Shown: positions 11,901 through 24,628, counted from the whole stretch's first letter. The stretch is 63,909 bases of DNA, filler included, from Lenisia limosa (GCA_001655205.1; 14 parts of 14 records of this genome joined end to end with filler, not necessarily neighbours in it); one strand, 5' to 3'. Made by a program: numbers and translations. Notes: generated from the sequence alone by a model not told the origin.

Positions 11901-14525
11901 CTTCGCTTTCGACCAAAGAGGCATGGCTCCGGACTTGAGGCAAAATAAAAAGAGACGTCCCAATAGCGCCAACTGCGATCTGCGGTATTAATAAGCCGAA
12001 GACTGGGGTATTAAAAAGCCTAAGTTTGGTTTGCTGCGGTAAAACCTTGTGTTTAAGAAAATTAAAATGAAACTTGTTGCTTCACATACTCCGCACCCCC
12101 CCAACTTCGACATTATCAGCCTCTTCCTTCCAGGGTACCCGGTGGAGCACCCCGTCAGCTCCAGACATGAAAATACCATTCTGGGGGGGGGGGATGAATT
12201 GTTCCTGGGATAACGATGAGGAATTGATATGTAAAACTGTACATGATATTATGTATTGCATGCATTGTGACGAGTAGATGGGATAATTGGCCAAGGTCGT
12301 GCAACGTAATTATATGAAGCTAGTATTTGTTACTTAACGTTTTCAACTTTCCTTGAGCCCCCAATAACATCACCCCCCCCCCCCAGNNNNNNNNNNNNNN
12401 NNNNNNNNNNNNNNNNNNNNNNNNNNNNNNNNNNNNNNNNNNNNNNNNNNNNNNNNNNNNNNNNNNNNNNNNNNNNNNNNNNNNNNNNNNNNNNNNNNNN
12501 NNNNNNNNNNNNNNNNNNNNNNNNNNNNNNNNNNNNNNNNNNNNNNNNNNNNNNNNNNNNNNNNNNNNNNNNNNNNNNNNNNNNNNNNNNNNNNNNNNNN
12601 NNNNNNNNNNNNNNNNNNNNNNNNNNNNNNNNNNNNNNNNNNTTCAAAGTTCATGTTTTCGTCTTGGGGGTGAAAATCAAACAAAGACAGGTCATAGAAA
12701 CCACGTTCTACGAGTATGATAGTTAATATGTAATATGATATTGTATTTCTTCCACCTGCCAACATTTGTCGCTCCAAGAAGCCGATATATCCACAACAGT
12801 CACATTAAACCTAGTCAAGTAAGAACAGCCCTTATTTCTCTCTGATCAAAAATTATCTCTCTGATCAGACATCTTTGTTTATAACAACAACAGTAGTGAA
12901 CAAGGCTCATAGGTGGTTATAAAGACTCCTTGAAATCCCCCCCCCCACATTTCCACCCCCGAGNNNNNNNNNNNNNNNNNNNNNNNNNNNNNNNNNNNNN
13001 NNNNNNNNNNNNNNNNNNNNNNNNNNNNNNNNNNNNNNNNNNNNNNNCGAATGAGAAGGGTGCAGTCAGGGATAGTTTCGGGGCAAAGAGGACAGACGCT
13101 TCCCTGGCTGAATATCGTCCGGGGGTCATCAGCTGTGGGGGTCAAGGAAAAAAGGGGCAAAAAACAAAACAAAACAAAACAAAACAAAGTACATCACCTT
13201 TTGGTTAAACATCAAATACCCCAAGCCCGAGCAAGCCAGCAATAATACCCGGTCTTAAACAAGACTGTAATAAGTCGATTCCACAGTACCATCCATATAT
13301 CTTCCCCTCAGTTAACCCATTCCGCACCTCCTCCGGGGTTAACAACATTGACGAATCCAGTATCCATGTCAAGCCCAAAGATCTAAGGGGTCAACTATTT
13401 CACAAAAAATACTGATGAAGGCATTCATCCTATCTCAAACGAGTGAAAATAAACTACATGACCATCCGTTCTTGATACACAATCCTCTTTTAACTTTTGG
13501 TCACATCCCACCTCCGAAGTAGTGGTGGCGATGTACAGAGAGTCATCATGAGAACTAACGAAGGGGCTGGAAGCAACTAGTTTCGACATTGTCATCCATG
13601 TCGGCTGTTGAGGGGTAAATACAATAAAGAAAACAAAACTGGTCAAAAAGCAAAAAAGATGAGCATGAAAGAAAACCTGAAGACATTGCATGGGTTATTA
13701 GGCTGTATTATCTAATGCTATTTGCTGCCATTCAACAGTATTTCATTGCAGATACGAGCTTCCCACCTGTATTCCGATTTCTGCCGTCCATTTGAACAGC
13801 TTGCCATCAGGCTGGGCAAGGAGCACTGGCTGCGAACTGTCTGTCAGCTGGATGGTGAGTGGTGTGCCGTTAGATACTGAATATGTGGAAACGAACAATA
13901 AAAAAGCAGCTTCTGGTCGAAGCCATCCACAACAGTTGATAAGACGCTTCACTATGAGTGACAAGTTTTTAACGAGTCAATAGAGGTATGCGAAAACAAC
14001 GTCAAAATGATAAAATTTTATTCGCTTTACCCCCCCCNNNNNNNNNNNNNNNNNNNNNNNNNNNNNNNNNNNNNNNNNNNNNNNNNNNNNNNNNNNNNNN
14101 NNNNNNNNNNNNNNNNNNNNNNNNNNNNNNNNNNNNNNNNNNNNAAATGATTTCCCTGTCCTCCACTCCATGGAGAGTTCCGTCAACTGTGCTGACCAGG
14201 AAGGGACTGTGGAATTAGTTCAGGTCTTCAAATATAAACAAAAAACTAGGAAACTCTGTTATGTTTGTTTTTCTGGGCTAGAAAAAAGCAAAACATTAAA
14301 AATCCAGACCAGTCAACTCAAAGACCTCACAATAACTACGAAACAATGATACTTTTACTTCATTTTTGGGAACCTTGGCTTTACTTCTGATTTCAAGAAC
14401 ACTCCTTACGTTTGTTGAGGGAGAAAAACACCTTCCCAAATAAGAGATGTTGAAGGTGATGGTGTAAAGACTGCCCAAGCGACTTGCAGGAGAAAAAGGC
14501 CCAGCACCCAGCTGAACTGTCGCAT
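5946..14525 (-). CDS. IRE1: IRE1 ER-stress sensor kinase/endoribonuclease
   Basis: Signal peptide MRQFSWVLGLFLLQVAWA (ATG 14525). Luminal motifs PFLVSTVDGTLHG and SKLVASSPFVSSHDDSLY. TM helix IWLVVVTLISTIATTALFLRKR (~11360-11295). Kinase motifs IGYGSHGTMV, DVAVKR, FARREVDLLLQSDTHPNVVRY, VHRDLKPANIL, GTLGWRAPE, VDIFSLGLLFYYVISGGGHPFGD, RPSIQQVLDHPAFW. KEN/RNase YRKYDSGSTRDLLRVVRNKRNHFRDL and YFSSRFPLLF. Confidence 0.97.
11103..11167. mobile_element. MITE family B copy, diverged (IRE1 intron)
   Basis: TA|CTGTGACCTGGATAAGTCTTGA...TGTCACT. Confidence 0.65.
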
Positions 14526-15859
14526 TTTTTAAAACTACCCTATTATATAAGATAGCTGCAATATGAGGTAATACACTCAAGACAATATTACGTACTTTTC
14601 TACAGGAGAGTAAGCAGCAAACTGAAAAGGCGCGCTCAGCAGCCGTCTTTCACATCTGACCGTGTGAGAATAGAAAAGAGCCAGTATAAAGTTCTGAAGC
14701 CCATCATGTGATTCCTTTGTATGGCAGACAAACAAGATAAGAAAATAAGGAGAGGGTTGCTTCAAGAGCAGAAATCCTATTATTCATTTATCTCCAATTA
14801 AATCAGAAAAGTAAAAAGCAAAAAAAAAAGAGAGAAAGAGAGCGAGTGGGGGGGGGGGNNNNNNNNNNNNNNNNNNNNNNNNNNNNNNNNNNNNNNNNNN
14901 NNNNNNNNNNNNNNNNNNNNNNNNNNNNNNNNNNNNNNNNNNNNNNNNNNNNNNNNNNNNNNNNNNNNNNNNNNNNNNNNNNNNNNNNNNNNNNNNNAGG
15001 CTAAAGAGCTAAGGATTAAGGAGGGAATACAGCAAAATATGACAGTTACTGGGAGCTCGACAAGAGCAGTCACTCTCTTTTAATATAGTAGTATATAAAA
15101 ACAATCGCATCCACAATCCACTAAACTTGAAATACTCCACCCCCCCCCCCGCAACCAAACCATTTGAAATCGAAGGGTGAAGGGCTGTCACTGTTCTTGA
15201 AGGCACTCTCCTCCTTAGTTCTCAAGGGAGGTGGATGGCGATGATGGGTGTTCCACCCCAACTTATTTGCTATGAGCAATGGGATGGGGGGGGGNNNNNN
15301 NNNNNNNNNNNNNNNNNNNNNNNNNNNNNNNNNNNNNNNNNNNNNNNNNNNNCGTGTGGTTTGTTTGGGAGCAAGTGGAGAGTTTGTCCAGTCTTTTTTT
15401 GGTTTCAGTTGGAGGGGAGTTGTGCGGCGCGGGGTCTGTGCATCCTCTACTCATTGTATATTCGTATGGTACGTTCACTTTGGCTTTACTTGAAGGACCT
15501 CTTTTTGNNNNNNNNNNNNNNNNNNNNNNNNNNNNNNNNNNNNNNNNNNNNNNNNNNNNNNNNNNNNNNNNNNNNNNNNNNNNNNNNNNNNNNNNNNNNN
15601 NNNNNNNNNNNNNNNTCCCTGACCAACGTGGTCACAAAAGATCCCCCCCCTTTTAAATATGCTCTTTTACTTTGAATATCTGTTATTTAAAGATGACCTC
15701 ATATATGCATATCCCCAATAAGTTAGAGCCTGGGGCTTCTCTCATCGATATTGTTATTATTTCCCTCTATGACTCTATGATGCGACTATGCGATGACCCA
15801 ACAAAGGAACTTAAAAACTAATATACATACAACATTCTCTGATAGAAAAAGTTAAACCC

Positions 15860-18213
15860 GGGGCAATGTTCTACCGTGCAAAGCGTTCAGGCAAGCCTGC
15901 TCTTCTTTTGCCTCTTCCCAGAGCCTCATCCGACATCACCCTGGGGGTGAGAAATTGGTCAAAAAAAATTCCAAATATCCAGCAAATTTATCATGGTATG
16001 GGGAGTGTTTGAACTGCCATTTATTTGGACCACAGGTTATGATATGGCTCATCCCCATGAAAAACCACCCGGCCAACAGCGTTGATTTTGGCTTTTTTTT
16101 TTTTTCATAAAATTGTACAATTTGACCCCCCCCCCCCCNNNNNNNNNNNNNNNNNNNNNNNNNNNNNNNNNNNNNNNNNNNNNNNNNNNNNNNNNNNNNN
16201 NNNNNNNNNNNNNNNNNNNNNNNNNNNNNNNNNNNNNNNNNNNNNNNNGGAGTAGGTGCGGACGGCTCGTCAGGACAGGTGAAAATCGGGCTGACCAAGG
16301 GCGGGAATTGCATATCCTCTTCGAAGGGCTGCAGGGGCTGGGGAACTTGGAGGGGAAGCGAATGGTGGAGTACAGGGTCGGAATGGAAGTCTTCCATGGG
16401 CTGGGGCTGGCTTGGGGATGGGACTTGGATGGTTAATGGCAATGCCGTCAGACATGTCGATTTTAGAAATAGAACACATGATGGGGGGTGTGTCAGAACA
16501 CAATTACCAACCATAGGTTGATCTTGTAAGACACAATAGTAAAACAACGCCTGCATGAATCTTGTCCATGAAGACAAAACACAATGAGGTCAAAATCAGA
16601 GCATCACAACGAATCAAAAACGAGAAGAGATTGATTACAAACAATCGGTACTTGTCTGAGGTGCAAACATCACCCCTCACTGGCATTATTATACTGCTGG
16701 CCAAGAGACATTTCCTCGGGGTTTTCAGTGATAAAAAAGACGTCGATGGGCTCGGTTTCGGACTTGAGATGGATCTCATAGCGACACTGGCCGTCAGGTT
16801 GCTGGGTGTTATATAGGGGGAATTTGGGGATATTCATCACCAAGTTTCTATTTTGAAAAAAACACAAACTTGTAACTACGAAGTGTTTGGCAATTTATGA
16901 ATGCAAAAACACCCCGTATCCAGCCAACAATCTGGGGGTCTGGTACCTGCAGAACTGTACCAGGTCTTGCCTGGATTCCGAGAAGCGTTTTGTCTGAGGG
17001 GAGGGATGAAACAAAAGGTAAACTGGGTTATCTGTGAGCTGAAAACAAAACTGAAAGGTTTTGAGGACAATAATATAAACACCTGCAGTACTCCTTGGCA
17101 GAAAGAAATCAAGGAATCCTAGTTTGTGTAAAGCGACAGCTTATAATAACATGTTCACCTTTGAAAATTGGGATCTTGAGGATATCTTCAAAGGCAACCC
17201 TCATTGGACGGGGGGGTTGGCTCTTTGCCATAGGGGGGACTGTGATAGTTAAAACGGTCTTACATCTAGAGCTTAAAACGAGGCAATATATGAATAAATG
17301 AGTGCCAAATCGAAAAAGAAGGTAATGTTTAAGTTTAGGCCTCAGTTGACATTTCAATTACCACACCACAAACCATCCAAGTCATCAACTCTGCTTAGAT
17401 CGTCCAGATCCGTCGTGTCGGCAGGAATCTCCCCATCTCCAGGGTCACTAAAGAGTTGTAAGAATAGCAAATGACAATGTATTTGCGTAAGCTAAGAGTT
17501 ACATAACATCAAAGTAATCACTACACAGTATCATATGATTATTTTCCCTAATTGTGCCTTTGGCAAACTACATCTAACTTTGACATAAATTGTTCATGGT
17601 TTGTAAGTTAAAAGAGTATTCAATATGTGTCTAGTTAAACCCTCTGACATTTGCTTAACAACGTTTTTTGAGATCTTTTTCAAGGCACCAACGCCCTCAA
17701 GAACGTTAGTAATATCGTAAAGTCTTCGTTTTTTGACTCCAATCTGCTCGGCTGCCTTGTTGAGGTCAACACCTTCCGGACTCGATCGCAAGATCTCCAT
17801 AAAATGCTCCGAAATGGTGCTTAGGTTCCTGGAGAGGTAAAATTGTGTTCGGAGGGAAACACTGATAAGGAAACTTAGGTATACAATGTGAGATCTGGTA
17901 TATATTCTCTTTTAAAACATTCGGCTTTCTCCAGTCAAGGGCCAAATTCGAAGACTTCCACTTACAGAGTATCTGGCCCTAAAAAATAAGGGTAGAGATA
18001 AAGACCAAATAGAAAATGACTAATTAGCCCACACGCCATTATGTAACCCCAATACACCTATCGCCTAAACATTAACTCAATATTCAGAAAAGACTATCTC
18101 TCAATTGTCACAATAATTGATACGGGCGTTATTTTAGGCCCACCTTTTGTCGCTCTCCGAATTGGAACCTCCTCAACAAATGAGTCGTCCGAGGACAAGT
18201 CATCCGCGGCCAT
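15860..18213 (-). CDS. E2F: E2F-family transcription factor (3' end uncertain, may extend toward ~15000)
   Basis: DNA-binding domain [55 protein letters not shown] (17830-17660). Marked-box region [18 protein letters not shown] / [16 protein letters not shown] / [19 protein letters not shown]. Acidic Pro-rich tail (16430-16250). Start ATG at 18213 is inferred. Confidence 0.93.
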
Positions 18214-19045
18214 TGTCACCTCTTTTCAATCCTGGGGTGGGGGGGGGGATCTATCAATAGGGAAACGTGAATATCTACAAAGGCTGGGTTGTTGACGGAT
18301 ATAAATGGAATTCAACTCTATCCATGAGGTTTTAACTAAAATTAGAGGGAATTCCCCGGATTTCTTAATTTCATACAACTTGAAGAACCTGCCTGTTTCT
18401 GTTACAAATAACGAGAAAAACGGTCCCAAAACGGGAAAGTCAACTCTACAGACATCACCAACGTTCGGCAAAAAAAAATACCATTTGTAAACTTTCAAAA
18501 ATAAAAAGTCATTTTAAATTCAACTTAATATGCTTGTATTCCCGGCAAACACCAGTTATAGTCTCTATCCTTAACCTGGAAAAGCCCTCCAAACCGTTGT
18601 GACAAAGATCAGTGGAACATGGCCGAGAAAGAAACCAGCAAACAAAAAAAAAGGATATTCTTTCTAATAATTCTTTGTTTGTTTTTTTACCTGATCAGCT
18701 CTGGCTGGGTGTCTCTGAAGCAGCGTCAATGAGACTATGGCAGTTACAGAACAGTTGTGGATAAAGGAGGGAAAGTGTAAAATACAACTAAGTGCAACTT
18801 TTTGTGTAGCTAGAACTAATTTACAAACATAAATCGTAAAGGAACGAAAAGAACTTCTTTAAATTGTGAGAAAAAGCAGGAAAACCAACTTCCCGACTAA
18901 AAAATGCACGTGAACGCAAACGCCATAACAAAAGCCGTTATTTCTGAAAAATGGCCCTCTTTAAACCTCTTTAAGCTGTACAGTTTTATTTCCACCTCAA
19001 ACGGTTCAGACAATACAGGTTTAACGGATTAACCAACTACCTTTT

Positions 19046-19055
19046 TTTCGCGCGC
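19046..19055 (+). promoter_or_regulatory. Candidate E2F binding site (TTTCGCGCGC) in the divergent promoter between E2F and the At4g15545-like gene
   Basis: Matches the TTTSSCGC consensus, about 10 nt upstream of ATG 19066. CGCG is uncommon in this window. Confidence 0.35.
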
Positions 19056-19065
19056 TAACTTGATC

Positions 19066-20935
19066 ATGATGATGGACGACTTTGCAGTTGGAGGGCAGCC
19101 TCCCGAAGATGCCGACAGCCAAATCGAGTTCGCTATCTCGCAAATCAGAAACGCTTACAGGCAGAAGGTTGGGATTGATCTTTTCATCAACAAAAACTGT
19201 GAAGGGGCGTCTGCGAGTGATTGCTTTGCTTTCTTGACACAGCTAGGGACAGCAGTATGAAGGGGAACTCGCACAGCTTCGACTCACTATCCAAGACCGT
19301 GGGTGGTGGTTGCGATTTCGGATACTATTTAGAAATATCCTTAATAGCAAGGCGGGAATCTGGGTCTCTATAATATCATAGACAAACTTAAAACAGATCC
19401 GAAATATGGCGAGAAACTGGGATCTTGACCCTTATCGTGGTGTCAACTAGTTTTATATCATCCCTTCACCCACTTTCCCGCTTCATCTACCTCTCCCTGA
19501 CATGTACGTTAAAATTACCGCAGTTTTCATCACTATTATACTTTACCTCTTTTAGGCGACAGAAAAGCTGCAGAGTATGAGCGCACAATTTCGCGCCAAG
19601 AGGCTGAGCTCCACGCGCACCAGCAACGCGTTCACCAGTTGAAGGAGGAGAAGGCTAAACGTGGGGGAATTTGTGTGGCATTTAGCAAAAAAAAAAAAAA
19701 TTATGGTGATTTTTTTTTTTTTGTTGTTGTTGTTATTGTTTTGATACATTTCCCCCCATTTCCCATTCCTCATATTGTAGTTGTGGAGGAGAACCTGAAG
19801 ATGTCTCAACAAACCAATGCAGTTAAGGTATGGGAGTCAGAGGCGTTTTGATGGGCATTCCTGTGGGAGAGGGCTTTTAAGTAGTTTTGGAGAGGCTTTT
19901 TGAAAAGGCATACTGTCGATAATAAGAGAACACTAATATACACTGGTGAAGCAGCTAAAAATCCTTGACAAAACCTGTTTGTAATAGTAATTGTTTAGAG
20001 GGACCTGGCAAAGCTTCAATCTTTCCGCAAGGCAGTCATGGCGTCCTTCTCTGAGGGCAATGTTCAGCTTGAGTCTGAGGAAGCTGGGTTGGCCCCTTCA
20101 ATGACCAGCCAGGTGAGGGGGGTGAATAGAATTAAAGTCCAATTTGTGATGTTTTTTTCTAAAGTTTCTCAGGGGAAAAGACAATGTAGGATGACATATA
20201 AGCATCAAAGTTCACCACCTTACAGATGTTTGCGAAGTCAACGTACAGCGCCCCCATTACCCAGATGTCACCGCAACCTGCTGCTCCAACAACCTCGGAA
20301 AACGGTATGCACTGCTGAGGTTTTCTTTTTTTTAATATGGTTCGTCAGAAAGAAATCAGTTATCAGACATCCAGTTTTAGTTGCTTCGATTCTTCAAACA
20401 AGTGCTATTTGTGTTTTTTTTTTTTATCTTGCTGACCGTTCTGAAAGTGTACATTCAGAGTAGACTGTATACATTGCCATCTAACTCTTCAGAAAGTGAC
20501 CATTTGCTTGCTGCTATTGACCGCTCACTGAACAGAGTTAATATGTGGGAAATGCTCAAAATCTTTCCATGATGTTATCGACATTTGACCTTGGATATAT
20601 ATCATATATCGATATAGACTAATAATAATAAGATGTATTATCGAGTATATTATTCAAGACTTGTTCTTAGTATTCCTCTTTTTTTACCTGCTTAGTGCAT
20701 CACCCGCGAAACCTGCACCCACGCAGCCTGAAACTGGTATGGTGGATGTTTCCATCCAGCTCAAGATATAGGTCCACCAAAAAACATAAACAAATAAACA
20801 ATATTTAAATCTATTGCCCGGTTTTACTTTTAACTATGATTATTTTCCTTGTCAAAATTTTATGAAAGCAACACCTCACCTCCCAGCCCCCACAGCTGAG
20901 GCAGGAACCTTCCAGACCACTGAATTCTTCAAAGT
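19066..20935 (+). CDS. At4g15545/NAIP-like coiled-coil protein (partial, cut by contig end)
   Basis: Spliced product MMMDDFAVGGQPPEDADSQIEFAISQIRNAYRQK..YEGELAQLRLTIQDRDRKAAEYERTISRQEAELHAHQQRVHQLKEEKAKLVEENLKMSQQTNAVKRDLAKLQSFRKAVMASFSEG...TEFFK. This follows the plant family pattern as recalled (LPEDPFEQLD...ENASLSNTVKRLQRDVSKLEGFRKTLMMSL...GKEFFR). Confidence 0.65.
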
Positions 20936-21030
20936 GAGGAGGCGGATTATTGGGATGGCGCTTGGGTCACTCGTTGGTGCCTTATTTGATTGGCTAATAG
21001 AGTTGATATCTTCGGTGTTTCTGTTCCTGG

Positions 21031-21130
21031 NNNNNNNNNNNNNNNNNNNNNNNNNNNNNNNNNNNNNNNNNNNNTTAATTAATTAANNNNNNNNNNNNNN
21101 NNNNNNNNNNNNNNNNNNNNNNNNNNNNNN
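21031..21130. other. Artificial contig linker N44-TTAATTAATTAA-N44 (first of 13)
   Basis: Identical 100-nt spacer with stops in all six frames. The 12-mer starts at 21075, 22644, 24882, 27899, 31978, 33172, 37230, 46261, 49680, 54286, 57490, 61484 and 62765. Confidence 0.97.
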
Positions 21131-21389
21131 AAAAAAAAAAAAAAGAAAGAGAAGCTCAAAATCAGAGGCCACCTCTTTGCATTATACAAAACTCTGACCA
21201 TACCATATGATATGAATAAAATATGATAAGATAATCTATAGTATAATTATAGTATATTATACCTATTATAGTATATTATATTATATCATATATTATAAAT
21301 CACATGATATGATATGTCATATAATCTACGTAGAGAATAAAAATAAAACAATGTATCGGCCGAAGCCGTTCACACCTTGGTAACCCGAC

Positions 21390-22599
21390 CACACCCACCT
21401 GATGGGCACATACGGTTGGCGGAAGGTTCTCCATTGTGGTGGCTGTTTGGTTAAAGAGAAGAGAAAAAGTGTGGGTTTGTATTGAAGTTAAAATGGGTGT
21501 GTATTCATAAGGGACACAAGTAGGACTTTGCCTCGGTTCAAAAAAACTTGGGAAAAGTAGATAGTTTTCGAAGCCCTAGGCAGGCACAAGGGAGATTGGG
21601 ATCTAATCCAGTGATATTAGGATTCGTGTATTTCGGCTAATGAACACCCGACCCTCCATCAATACGTTCTTCACCCCCCTCCCCTTACGAGCAGTGAACG
21701 TGAGGCCTGTTTTCCTGGCGATTTCCGGCACGGACTTGAGACACTCCACATCGGACTTGGACGGGGTGCCGCAGAGNNNNNNNNNNATAATCAACTCTAT
21801 GACGGTTACTTATTAGTCTGTGACTGGAGGGGAGTAAGAAAGAGGTGGGAGAGAGAGAGAGAGAGAGAGGGTTAATGGGAAAAAAAAGAAAAAAAAAAGA
21901 GCAACTCTTCCATTGACCCCCCCCCCCCCNNNNNNNNNNNNNNNNNNNNNNNNNNNNNNNNNNNNNNNNNNNNNNNNNNNNNNNNNNNNNNATGAAGATC
22001 GGGTTTTCTACAAGGGTGAAAACGGGAGGAGTGCATGAGAAAATGAGCAATAAAACAAGGTTGTATCTGGCCGAAGCCGTCCACAATATCACGCTTATAA
22101 ATATAATTAATAATACCATAATTCACTCAATCATTTGTCTGACACCACAACAGATGATTAACATAATATTAATCATTGCCCAAATAACAAATTACTAATC
22201 CACAAGATGAACATAGTTTCAGTAGACAGTTGACTGCAAAATACCCAGCACCCTCAATTATCAACACAAACATCAAGGCTTTCTTTCATTTTCCGTGATT
22301 GATTGATTGGCTTTCCTGAAAACACCCAAAACACGCACCATTCGATGCGGCCACGAGAGCAAGATGGAGAAGGGCTACAGAAGACGGGTCGAAGGTATCG
22401 TCAGTTTCCGCCTTGTCAAGCTGGTAAAGTAGCGAGCCGACTGAGAAGTGTGTTGTACGACCTGGGGGGATTATAATACTGGATATAATAATAGTACCAA
22501 CACTTGACATCTGAAAATCAATTCAAAACATGGCCCCCACGATCCCCCACCCTTGGCAGCCCCGAGGATACTGTCCTTCAGTACAAGCAGTTCACTCGC
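21390..22599 (-). CDS. Hypothetical protein, partial
   Basis: Exons with plausible splice sites give ASELLVLKDSILGAAKG-RTTHFSVGSLLYQLDKAETDDTFDPSSVALLHLALVAASN and LCGTPSKSDVECLKSVPEIARKTGLTFTA. Family not recognised. Confidence 0.4.
21523..21576. mobile_element. MITE family A, internally deleted copy
   Basis: TA|GGACTTTGCCTCGG...GAAGCCC|TA. Confidence 0.6.
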
Positions 22600-22895
22600 N
22601 NNNNNNNNNNNNNNNNNNNNNNNNNNNNNNNNNNNNNNNNNNNTTAATTAATTAANNNNNNNNNNNNNNNNNNNNNNNNNNNNNNNNNNNNNNNNNNNNG
22701 GGGGGTATCTCTGAATTACACATGTGCGAAAGTGACACTAATGTTGAGCCTTACCTTAATGAATTAAGTTCCAATTTCTTATACTACCTCTTGATTTAAA
22801 GTTCCAATTTCTACACTCAGCTCTGTTCAAATAATTTCACGTATGTCTCATCTGGACATAATTGATTACATCCATTTAAAATTACGCGATTTCAG

Positions 22896-24593
22896 ACGCT
22901 TTGGGACGACATCAACCCCGAGTACATGGAAGATGGAACGAAAAAGATTGCCAAGGAGGTGGGGGAGGGGGGTGCGTTGAAGATTTCTCAGAAGTTGGGA
23001 TAAAACTAAAAAAAAAAATCCTATTCATAATCCTGCCAGTATTCTTCATCGAAATTTCTNNNNNNNNNNNNNNNNNNNNNNNNNNNNNNNNNNNNNNNNN
23101 NNNNNNNNNNNNNNNNNNNNNNNNNNNNNNNNNNNNNNNNNNNNNNNNNNNNNNNNNNNNNNNNNNNNNNNNNNNNNNNNNNNNNNNNNNNNNNNNNNNN
23201 NNNNNNNNTGCATTTGTCGGGCTAGAGGGCTCTGTCAAGAACATGCTCACTTCCCTGGCGTCCGTTGTCGATCTCAGGTGAACTGAGCTGAACTGAATGA
23301 ACTGAACTGAATTAAATGCAATATTTATTTAAACTAAGTTATGTTTAGGGAAGGTTGTCCTGTGTCATCATTTCCATTTTCACCCCCCCCCCCAGACACC
23401 NNNNNNNNNNNNNNNNNNNNNNNNNNNNNNNNNNNNNNNNNNNNNNNNNNNNNNNNNNNNNNNNNNNNNNNNNNNNNNNNNNNNNNNNNNNNNNNNNNNN
23501 NNNNNTGGCGTTGAGTTCAATATCGAGGCTGACTTCAGGTATGTGGCAATAGGAAAACCGCATGACGGTAGGTTCACCCTACACCCAAGATAAGAATCAT
23601 ATGCAGCTACATACGATATATGATATCACTATGGTTTCCCAACGGTCCCAAAAAAGACTGTATTTCTCGATAAATCTTCGATAAATATCGATATTTTACC
23701 GATCTCTTCCGGACCGTAGTGAAACCCTGTATATCACACACACGTCTGAACATTATTTGATATTCCAACATTATTCTTTTNNNNNNNNNNNNNNNNNNNN
23801 NNNNNNNNNNNNNNNNNNNNNNNNNNNNNNNNNNNNNNNNNNNNNNNNNNNNNNNNNNNNNNNNNNNNNGTGTCACTTAACTTGCAACTGGTGAGGGGCG
23901 TGGCAGTTTATTATTTTTTAGGGTTAAAAAAAATAAACGAGTAAAATATTCATGAAAATGTAGAGAATTTCGATCTTTTTCCTGAATAATCGGAAGCTTT
24001 ATGGTTGCTGTTGTTGGTATTAAACCTCCTCCTGAGCATGCTTTAATATTACTGAAGCCAATTTTCCATGTTGCTATATTTCCACCCATACTTTCAATGC
24101 ATTGCACCCCCCCTCAACCGCACCAGAAACATCACAAACACAGAGGATTGCAGGGGCCGCGATAAGTCCTGACACAAACCTTGAGCTTTATCTTTAGTCA
24201 ATCGTGTCAGGACTAACCCTTCACACAAACATTGACTCGTGTAGTTTGAAGACGACGTGAAGTCTATCGTAGACAGGGCAATTAAGGAACACCAAATGGA
24301 GAGACAGCTGACTGACATCGAAAATACCTGGGTGGCCCAGGCCTTCTGCTACGTCGAATCTCCAGTGGGGGGTTAATTCATGGATCAATTTTTACCCCCT
24401 TCCATTTCTGTGTGTTGTCAGCTCACAGTGTTGATTTGGCCTTTTTTTCTTTTTCATAAATTTTCTTTGTTTCACACTTTGCGCCAATATTCTTCATCGA
24501 AATTTCCATCTCATCCCCACCCCCCAGGACCACGAGGCTATGATGCTGTTGGGACCAGTGGACGATATCATTGAAACACTCGAAGATAACCAG
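22896..24593 (+). CDS. Axonemal dynein heavy chain (outer-arm beta/DNAH9-11-17 type), DHC_N2 region fragment
   Basis: Exons: TLWDDINPEYMEDGTKKIAKE (22896-22958), AFVGLEGSVKNMLTSLASVVDLR, GVEFNIEADF, FEDDVKSIVDRAIKEHQMERQLTDIENTW, DHEAMMLLGPVDDIIETLEDNQ (24528-24593). They are colinear with the recalled motifs KNMLTSLRAV..LQNP, FEDEVRGIVDKAVKE..ME and LIE.LEDNQ. Confidence 0.9.
23632..23727. mobile_element. MITE family A copy (dynein intron)
   Basis: 96 bp; GGTTTCCCAACGGTCC...GGACCGTAGTGAAACCC terminal inverted repeats. Confidence 0.8.
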
Positions 24594-24628
24594 GTCATTT
24601 TACAGGTGCGGGGGGGGGGGGGTAAAAA

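Noticed and set aside
15000-16450. Plus-strand acyltransferase-like gene ([23 protein letters not shown]) overlapping E2F
   Set aside because: The minus strand splices in frame as the E2F tail, and the plus-strand resemblance is a short motif only; left unresolved rather than called.
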